A stretch of DNA of 64,000 nt from Polyangiales bacterium (lineage in GTDB: Bacteria > Myxococcota_A > Polyangia > Polyangiales > Ga0077539): assembly GCA_044229975.1 (NCBI GenBank), contig JBGARZ010000002.1, positions 96,001-160,000 of the forward strand, written 5' to 3'. Every line of letters begins with the position of its first letter. Position 1 is the first letter of the stretch. The translations under genes were made by a program, and so were the position numbers. The notes beneath the pieces are model-generated. The model saw only the letters and a program-made list of their open reading frames with translations. It searched no databases and was not told the origin of the DNA. Shown in pieces: positions 56,444-64,000 of this stretch.

Positions 56444-56953
56444 ATGCGTACCCGACCGTGGCTACAGGGCAATCTCGTGATTCCGCAGGACGTCCTCGAC
56501 GACGTCGACGCGCACGCCCGCGAGGCGTACCCCGGCGAGTCGTGCGGGCTGCTCCTCGGCCCCGCGGGTGACCCGCGCGTCATCACGTCGGGGCGGCGCG
56601 TGCCCAACCTCGCCGACCGCTATCACAAGCTCGACCCCGAGACGTACCCGCGCACCTCGAAGAACGCCTACATCATCGACGGCATGCTCATGCAGCGCGC
56701 CCTCGCGGACGGCGACGCGGGCGGCGTTCCGGTGAAGGTGATCTATCACTCGCACTGCGACGTCGGCGCGTACTTCTCCACCGAGGACAAGATCGTCGCG
56801 TCCCCGGAGGGAACGCCCGTGCTGCCCGTCGTGTATCTCGTCACGAGCGTGCGCGAGGGCGGCGTGGTCGACGACCACAAGCTCTTCATCTTCAAGGATG
56901 GCGACTGGGACGAGGCGCCGTACACCATCGGGCCGCGTCCCTCGATGGTGTAG
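56444..56953 (+). CDS. mec: JAB/MPN (M67) metallopeptidase, Mec-like
   Basis: AYPGESCGLL and YHSH.....YFS.ED JAMM motif. Confidence 0.9.
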   Translation: MRTRPWLQGNLVIPQDVLDDVDAHAREAYPGESCGLLLGPAGDPRVITSGRRVPNLADRYHKLDPETYPRTSKNAYIIDGMLMQRALADGDAGGVPVKVIYHSHCDVGAYFSTEDKIVASPEGTPVLPVVYLVTSVREGGVVDDHKLFIFKDGDWDEAPYTIGPRPSMV

Positions 56954-56959
56954 CGGGCG

Positions 56960-57696
<737 letters not shown>

Positions 57697-57700
<4 letters not shown>

Positions 57701-59169
57701 GACCGCGCCAGCCTCGATTCAAGCCTGCGAGCCACCACCGACAAGGGGTAGCTCATGAGGAAGTACATCAGCGCGCACAGCGCACCGGGCCACGCCCACC
57801 CGCGGATGTCGACGGCCGTGATGGTCATCTGCTTGGTGAGCTCGACCACCGTGATGACCGACACCAGCGAGCTGTCCTTGAGCAGCGCGATGAAGTCGTT
57901 GGTCACCGACGGCAGCGCCAGACGAAAGGCCTGCGGCAGGATGATGCGCCGCAGCGACAGCCCGAGCGGCATGCCCAGCGACAGCGCCGCCTCCATCTGC
58001 CCACGCGGAACCGCCTGGATGCCCGCGCGGTACACCTCGGCCTCGTAGGCGGCGTAGTTCATCCCGAGGCCGATGATCGCTGCCGGGAAGGCGCTGATCT
58101 TCACGATGGGCGCGAGCCCGTAATACAGGACGTACAACTGGAGCAGTACCGGCGTGCCCCGGTAGAGCTCGACGTAGGCGCCCGCGAGCCGCGCGAGGGG
58201 CTTCGGGCCGAAGAGGCGCAGCACCGCGAGGCCGAGCCCGAGCGGGATGGCCAGCGCCATCGCGAGCGCCGAGAGCAGCAGCGTGACGAGCGCGCCCTTG
58301 AGGAAGAGCACCACGTGCGAGCGGGAGAAGTGTTGCGCTGCGGCGGCCGTGCCGAGCATGCGCCGCTGGTCTTCGTCGGACCATGTGGCGAGGCGGCGTT
58401 CGCGGTCGTTCCAGATGTTGCCGTGGCGCAGGATGCGCTCCATCTCGCCGCTCGCGGTGATGCGCGCCAGGGCCTGGTCGACGGCCTGCTGGAGGTCGGC
58501 TTCGGCCGGTCGCGTGGCGATGGAGTAGTAGCCGTCGGCGAGGTCGCCCACGACGCGCAGCTCGGGCTTCGTCTCGCCGTACCGGGCCGCGATGATGTCG
58601 TCGAGCAGCACCGCGTCGGTGCGGCTCTGCACGAGGTCGATGTACGGCTCCTCGACGCCTTCGTAGGGGACGACCTCCGCGACGTTGCGGAGCAGCTCGT
58701 AGGAGAAGCTGTTCGCGAGCGTTCCGACGCGACGACCGCGCAGCGAGGTGAGCGACGGTTGGATGCGCTGGTCGTCACGGCGGGCCATGAGACGCGCGCC
58801 GAAGATGTAGTAGGGCCGAGTGAAGCGGACGCGGCCGACGCGCTGGGGAGTGACCTCCAGGCCGTTCATCGCGATGTCGAAGGTGCCGCGCTCCAGCGAG
58901 GGGATGAGGGCGCTCCAGTCGTTCTGCACGAACTGCGCGCGCACCCCGAGCTCGCGCGCGATGGCGTTGGCGATCTCGACCTCGAAGCCCGTGAGGCGAC
59001 CGCCGTGCTCGGCGTCCTCGTAGACGTACGGCTCGCCGCCCTGGATGTCCCCGCCCCACCGCAACACACCGGCCGCGCGCACCCTCGCGAGCCCGCCCCC
59101 CGGCGGCGCCGCGCGGTGACACGAGAGCAGCGCCGCTGCGAGCACCACGACCCACCACAGTCGATTCAC
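57697..59169 (-). CDS. Polar amino acid ABC transporter, fused substrate-binding/permease protein
   Basis: SBP family 3 N-terminus (GFEVEIA, YYIF) plus permease (RGTPVLLQ, AYEAEVYRAGI, LLKDSSL). Confidence 0.94.
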
Positions 59170-59224
59170 CCCGCGACGCTACCGCAGGGCAAACGCGACT
59201 GACCAGCGCTACGAGCGAGCCCGC

Positions 59225-59533
59225 TCAGGCCGTGAGAACGCGCTCCAGGTAGCGCTTCGCGCCGCGTCGGGCGAGCTCGGTGGCGGCGTAGCCACCGAGG
59301 TTCCAGATGAGGAAGCGCGCGACGCGGGAGCTGGCGACGACGCCGATGGTGATGCCCACGCCCACGGCTACGGCGAGCGTGCGGTAGGGGCGCTCGCGGA
59401 GCTCGGTCTGTACGCGGTCGGGAATCGCCAGCACGGTGTCGACGATCTCGTCTGGGGCGATGTGCTTGATGGCCTCGACCGGCGAGTGGAGCATGTCCTT
59501 CACGGACATCGATTCGTGGTGGTGGGTGGTCAT
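59225..59533 (-). CDS. Small membrane protein, DUF883/ElaB-like C-terminus
   Basis: RERPYRTLAVAVGVGITIG; RBS GAGG. Confidence 0.65.
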   Translation of the reverse strand: MTTHHHESMSVKDMLHSPVEAIKHIAPDEIVDTVLAIPDRVQTELRERPYRTLAVAVGVGITIGVVASSRVARFLIWNLGGYAATELARRGAKRYLERVLTA

Positions 59534-59606
59534 GGAGGCACCTCGTGGGAGCGTCGGTTCTCCCTACTGCGTGATGCCCGGCCGCCGAACGGCAAGCCTG
59601 CGCTCT

Positions 59607-60620
59607 TCAGACCTCTCCCGCCCAGCACTCCGCGAAGGCTCGCCGCGCCGTCTCCCGTCGCCGACCCTCGTCCGCCCGACCGAGCGCCAGCATCAGCTTC
59701 GCCACGGCCGCCTCGGCGGTCATCGCGCCTGCTCCGATGGCGCCCTCGCCCAGGGCCGCGGCGCCACCCTCGTAGCGCGTGAGGTCGACCGCCCCGCGCG
59801 CGCACTGGCTCACGATCACCACCGGGACGTCACGCGCCACGGCGTCGCGCACGACAGGGACGAGGGAGTTTTCGAGGCGCGGGATGTTGCCCGAACCGAA
59901 GCCCTCCAGCAGGAGACCCCGCACGCCCGATCGCAGCGCGCCCAGCAGCAGCTTCGGGTCGAGCCCCGGAAACAACCGCACCGCGAGCACCTTCGCCTCG
60001 ATGCGCGCGTCGAACTCGGCGCGGGCTCGCGGCGGGAGGATGTGGGTGCCTCGCTCGACGGTGACGCCCAGCGTGACGAGCGGCGCGCACGAGGGCGACG
60101 CGAAGGCGTCGAGCGCCCAGGCGTCCATCTTGATGGCGCGGCAGCCGCGCAGGAGCCGCGCGTTGAAGGCGATGGCGACCTCGGGGAGATCCATCGTGGC
60201 AAGGTGGCAGGCGTCGACGAGGTTGGAGCGCGCGTCGGTGCGCACCTCGGCGAGCGGGCGCTGCGCTCCGGTGAGCACCACCGGTCGGTCGAGCCCGGGA
60301 AGAAGAAACGCCAGCGCGCTCGCGGTGTAGGCCATGGTGTCGGTGCCATGGAGGACCACCACGCCGTCGAAGGAGCGCGAGCCGTCGGGGAGGCGCTCGT
60401 CGAGCGCGCCGTGGATGGCGGCGCCGAGCTCGACCCAGTGGTGCGGTTGCAGGTCGCTGGAGTCGTAGTTGAAGAGGATGCGCGTCTCGATGTCCGCGAT
60501 GCGGTTGAGCACCGGGAGCTCGGCGAGCAGATCGCTCGTGTAGACGTCGGGCTTGAGAGGCGTCGGATCGCCTCCATGCATCATCAGGGTTCCGCCGGTG
60601 TGGAGGATGAGGAGTCGCAC
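59607..60620 (-). CDS. ansA: Type I L-asparaginase
   Basis: LHTGGTL, DSSDL, HGTDTMAY, LTGAQ, GFGSGN, VSQC. Confidence 0.92.
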   Translation of the reverse strand: MRLLILHTGGTLMMHGGDPTPLKPDVYTSDLLAELPVLNRIADIETRILFNYDSSDLQPHHWVELGAAIHGALDERLPDGSRSFDGVVVLHGTDTMAYTASALAFLLPGLDRPVVLTGAQRPLAEVRTDARSNLVDACHLATMDLPEVAIAFNARLLRGCRAIKMDAWALDAFASPSCAPLVTLGVTVERGTHILPPRARAEFDARIEAKVLAVRLFPGLDPKLLLGALRSGVRGLLLEGFGSGNIPRLENSLVPVVRDAVARDVPVVIVSQCARGAVDLTRYEGGAAALGEGAIGAGAMTAEAAVAKLMLALGRADEGRRRETARRAFAECWAGEV

Positions 60621-60717
60621 GGCGCGGCACCGTATCACGGTCGGGATATGTCCCCCGCGGATTGGCGAGCGCGCGACGGATGAGGCACACCGACGAGCGG
60701 GTTGAGGAGCGGTGACG

Positions 60718-61158
60718 ATGCAGCGATTGACGAGGCCCGAGGTGGTGCGGCTGACGGAGCGGGTGCCCGACATCCTGAAGGTGCTGGAGACGGTGCTGGG
60801 TTCGGTGTTCGACGAGCAGGGGTCGCGGTGGAGCGAGTGCAAGCTGCGGGTGGGCGCGGCGATGAGCGCGGTCGAGCTCGCGTCCAACAGCCGGCTGGAG
60901 AAGCGACGGGCGCTCTGGCACGCGTCGATGGTGCTGATGACCCTGAAGGATGTCGAAGGCGACCCCGACACGGCGCGCCTGCTCGATGAGGTGGCGGGCG
61001 TCTCGCACACGCTCTCGCTGGCTGCCATCGCGTGCGACAGCGAGGTGGCCTCGGCGGAGGTCATCGGTCAGGCGCAGCGCTTCATCGAGGCGCTCGGCAT
61101 CGGCCCGGTGACCTGGGAGGTGCTCGCGAAGGCCCACCGCGCCGTGGACGACCGGTAG
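60718..61158 (+). CDS. Hypothetical helical protein
   Basis: Clean ORF with GAGGAG upstream. Confidence 0.7.
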   Translation: MQRLTRPEVVRLTERVPDILKVLETVLGSVFDEQGSRWSECKLRVGAAMSAVELASNSRLEKRRALWHASMVLMTLKDVEGDPDTARLLDEVAGVSHTLSLAAIACDSEVASAEVIGQAQRFIEALGIGPVTWEVLAKAHRAVDDR

Positions 61159-62094
61159 TCAGTCGCGGTCGACGGAGAAGTCGAAGTTCGAGACGAAGTG
61201 ATCGGCGAGGCCGGCCTGCGCGATGGTCGGCAGGCTGTCGAGCAGTCCAGCGCTCGCCGGGAGCGAGAGCCGAACGCTGATGCGAGGCGTGTCGCCGCGC
61301 ATGGTGGTGGTGCAGCGCAGGCGCACACGGTTGTCGTCGAGGATGGCCGTGACGTTGGCGCGCACGCGGTCACGATCGCCGCTGGCGAAGCGAAACGTCC
61401 CGCCGGTGAAGCGCATGCGGATGGGAATCGGGGTGTCGAGGTGGGCGCTGCCGGTCAGCGACTCAAGCGTGAGGAGCGGTCGACCACCGGGCTCGCGCAC
61501 GTCGATGGCGAGCACGGTGCTGATGTCCGAGACCCGCGCGTCGGGCACGTCGGGCACGGCCGTGATCAGCGTGATGTCGGACACCTCGATGCGCTCGAAG
61601 ACGACGTTGGACGGCCGCGGTCCGGGCGGTGGCGGCCGGGAGGGCTCGCCTTGCGGGCGGGGCCGACCCTGGAAGGTGGTGTCGATGGAGAGGGTTCCGC
61701 TGCGCTGGTGGAGCACGACGCGGCCGCCGTGGGCTCGCGTGCGCGGCGACACGAAGTGGCCGCGAAGCGCGGCGCTCCAGCGAACCTCCAGGTCGACGTC
61801 TCGCACGACGATCACCTGCTCACCTCCAGGCGCGCGAAAGCGGACGTCGCGGGCGACGACGCCGCGACGGGTGAGCTTCGTGATCTCGGCGATGCTGATG
61901 CGCCCCTTGATCTCGCCGTTGATCAACGACTCGACCTTGCGCGCCAGGAAGCGACGGCCCGCCTCACCGTGCAGCCACACGACGAAGACTCCCGTCGAGG
62001 CGACGAGGAGCACGATCAGCGCGAGCAACGACCACAGGACGCGACGCAGCCACGGGTGACGCGTGCCCTTGGGCGCGTCAGGAGGTGCCGTCAT
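61159..62094 (-). CDS. AsmA/TamB N-terminal-like protein
   Basis: N-terminal TM, AGRRFLARKVE..IKGRISI, beta-rich body. Confidence 0.65.
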   Translation of the reverse strand: MTAPPDAPKGTRHPWLRRVLWSLLALIVLLVASTGVFVVWLHGEAGRRFLARKVESLINGEIKGRISIAEITKLTRRGVVARDVRFRAPGGEQVIVVRDVDLEVRWSAALRGHFVSPRTRAHGGRVVLHQRSGTLSIDTTFQGRPRPQGEPSRPPPPGPRPSNVVFERIEVSDITLITAVPDVPDARVSDISTVLAIDVREPGGRPLLTLESLTGSAHLDTPIPIRMRFTGGTFRFASGDRDRVRANVTAILDDNRVRLRCTTTMRGDTPRISVRLSLPASAGLLDSLPTIAQAGLADHFVSNFDFSVDRD

Positions 62095-62157
62095 CGAGGG
62101 GTGCTCCGCGGGTTCACGTCTCCACCGCATGGAGCCGTCGGCCGCGGACGTCGAGGT

Positions 62158-62949
62158 TCAGAACGTCGCGCCGAAGGAGAGGTGCCCTTGCGCACCGACG
62201 CGGACGTCACTGCTGAGCCGGTACTGGATGGCGGACAGACCGCCGCCGGCGCTCAGCACGAAGCGGTCGATGGAGAGCGTCGCCTCGGGGCCCGCGACCA
62301 CGTCCCAGTCGGGCTCGTTTTCGGGCTCGTCGGCGTCGCGTTCGAGGTCGAGGCGCGCGCGCGAATCGAGCCCGAGGCGAAAGGTCGGCGTGACCCTGAC
62401 GAGCGCCGCGAGGCGGGCCTCGCCGAAGTGCTCGCCCTGATCCAGCCCGTAGCCGTAGCCCACGTTGGCGAGGAGGTTGAGCCGACCAAACGAGCGACCC
62501 ATCGCGACCAGCACATTGGCCGCCGGAACGGTGTTGAACCCCTGCCCCTGGTAGCCCGCATAGACGGCGAGGTCGATGCCGTGTCGCTCCTGCCGGAGCG
62601 CGTCGACGCTGAGGGAGACGCTGGGTCGGACCGTTCCGTCGGGGCCCACGTAGCCGACGCCGGCGCGGAGGGAGACGGGGCCGATGAGCGACGCCTGCGC
62701 CGTGCTGTCGAAGACGAAGCCGCCGTGCGCGCTGTCATAGCCGCCTTGAACCCAGGCGTAGGCCCGCTGGGTGTCGCCCCGCGCAGGGGCCGTCAACGGC
62801 AAGAACGCGCCAGCCTGGACGGCCGCCGACGAGGGAGGAGGCGCGGGCTGCTCATCGCCGTCGCTGCCCGCGGGCGGGTCGGCGAAGACCGGAGTCGCCG
62901 CGAGGGTGAGCGAGAGCGCGAAGGACACGAAGCGGTGGGACGGAAGCAT
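62158..62949 (-). CDS. Putative outer membrane beta-barrel protein
   Basis: Signal peptide, alternating beta strands, C-terminal LSFGATF. Confidence 0.7.
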   Translation of the reverse strand: MLPSHRFVSFALSLTLAATPVFADPPAGSDGDEQPAPPPSSAAVQAGAFLPLTAPARGDTQRAYAWVQGGYDSAHGGFVFDSTAQASLIGPVSLRAGVGYVGPDGTVRPSVSLSVDALRQERHGIDLAVYAGYQGQGFNTVPAANVLVAMGRSFGRLNLLANVGYGYGLDQGEHFGEARLAALVRVTPTFRLGLDSRARLDLERDADEPENEPDWDVVAGPEATLSIDRFVLSAGGGLSAIQYRLSSDVRVGAQGHLSFGATF

Positions 62950-63039
62950 TGGACGACGAGACCTCCTCACGACGGACCCCCGCTCGCATACGACGACCGC
63001 GCTCGTGAGAATAGTGGCCACCCGGCCACGATCACCGGA

Positions 63040-63636
63040 TCAGCACGGCGTCCCGAGGGCGCGCTCCAGCTCACCGAAGGGGTCGACCACCGCCCGCACG
63101 ATGCCCCGCGCCACCCGCGGGAGCCCGGCCGCCATCTCCCAGGTCACGAAGCGCAGCTCGCCGATGAGCGCGCCGCCGAGCGGTGTCCAGACGAGGTCGT
63201 TGGCGGAGGGGCGGCTGTTCCAGACCTCGACGCCGTACTCCCAGACGATGGAGCTCACGGCCGTAAACGCGAGCGACGCCGCGAACCCGTGCTGGCACTG
63301 CCGCGCCCGCAGGTACAGCTCGCTGCCCATCAGGCCGTGGCCGAAGAAGTTGATCTCCCAGCGGTCGCCGTCCCACTCGAAGAGCCGCCGCGACGGGTCG
63401 AACACCGGCGGTTGTGTGTACGCCGCGCGCAGGTGGGCGAGGTTGCGATCGCCGTCCTCGAGCGAGAACGCGTGCTGCCAGAGCAGCATCGCCGCCGCGC
63501 GCTGACCCAGGAGCAGCCCCGTGCCGTGGAGCGCGGGGACGAGCCACGACGAGGCGTGCGGTCGCTCGACGGGCTGGGCGCTGACCTCCATGGAGAGGGC
63601 CAGCGCCGCGAACCCGGCGAGCGCCGCGGAGCGCAC
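63040..63636 (-). CDS. DUF3943 domain protein
   Basis: WDGDRWEINFFGH..MGS..Y, SS.VWEYGVE..PSANDL..TPLGG..IGE. Confidence 0.85.
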   Translation of the reverse strand: MRSAALAGFAALALSMEVSAQPVERPHASSWLVPALHGTGLLLGQRAAAMLLWQHAFSLEDGDRNLAHLRAAYTQPPVFDPSRRLFEWDGDRWEINFFGHGLMGSELYLRARQCQHGFAASLAFTAVSSIVWEYGVEVWNSRPSANDLVWTPLGGALIGELRFVTWEMAAGLPRVARGIVRAVVDPFGELERALGTPC

Positions 63637-63637
63637 G

Positions 63638-64000
63638 TCAGCTCTTCGCGTTGCGCGCGAGGTAGGTGCCCCAGTCGAGGGGCTTGAGGTCGCTCACCTT
63701 GTACTTGTGCATGGCCTCCACCGCGGCGCGCGCGAGCTGGAGGTTGGTGAGCAGCGGCACGTTGACGTCCACCGCGCGGCGGCGGATGCGGTAGCCGTCG
63801 GGCAGGCCCTGGTTGTCGTACGAGCGCGGGATGTTGATCACCAGGTCGATGTGCCCGCTGTTGAGCAGCGACACCGCGCTCGGCGACTTCTCGTCGCTGT
63901 CCTTGTAGGCCACCTCGCAGGCGATCCCCTGCTCCTTGAGCACGTCCGCGGTGCCGGGCGTCGCATAGATGGTGAGTCCCATCTCGGTGAGCCACTGCGC
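63638..64000 (-). CDS. carB: Carbamoyl-phosphate synthase large subunit, C-terminal MGS domain (partial)
   Basis: IYATPGTA, IDLVINIP, DGYRIRRRAVD..VPLLTN. Confidence 0.85.
   Translation of the reverse strand, partial: AQWLTEMGLTIYATPGTADVLKEQGIACEVAYKDSDEKSPSAVSLLNSGHIDLVINIPRSYDNQGLPDGYRIRRRAVDVNVPLLTNLQLARAAVEAMHKYKVSDLKPLDWGTYLARNAKS

Noticed and set aside
54190..56953. Bacterial ubiquitination defence system (E1-E2-JAB, CBASS or Bil type)
   Set aside because: No E2 or cyclase; the flanking cysteine synthases point to sulfur transfer.

Overview
Very GC-rich bacterial chromosome segment. Gene content (Ser/Thr kinase, giant TPR protein, myxobacterial-type LexA boxes, tilS-ftsH-folP-cdaA-cdaR-glmM order) suggests Myxococcota/Polyangia; this is inference. 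Left part (1-23 kb): a split SOS mutasome (dnaE2 at the left edge, imuA-imuB about 14 kb away, each with a LexA-like box), a 1258-aa all-TPR protein, trmO, a DUF692 (MNIO)/DUF2063 RiPP-modifying pair converging on a Cys-rich lipoprotein, a small glycan-modification cluster, an orphan tandem DUF2791 (BrxC/D-like) ATPase, a C2-domain lipoprotein, and a decayed islet (RelE/ParE toxin-antitoxin pair, gene fragments, kinase) next to tRNA-Val. Middle part: tig-clpP-clpX-lon, a Rieske gene with a cytochrome b/diheme c fusion, tamA-tamB, and mnmA...rlmD-tilS(degenerate)-ftsH-folP-cdaA-cdaR-glmM. Right part: folK-cysK-thiF-cysO-(mini E1-like)-cysM-mec, an amino-acid ABC transporter, asparaginase, outer-membrane proteins and the carB 3' end. 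Best candidates for undescribed biology: (i) a membrane-tethered bufferin-like MNIO substrate; (ii) an apparently split, heterodimeric E1 in a sulfur-carrier operon; (iii) a TilS with an eroded active site. All family calls come from motif recognition by eye; no searches were run. Many start codons were re-picked manually.
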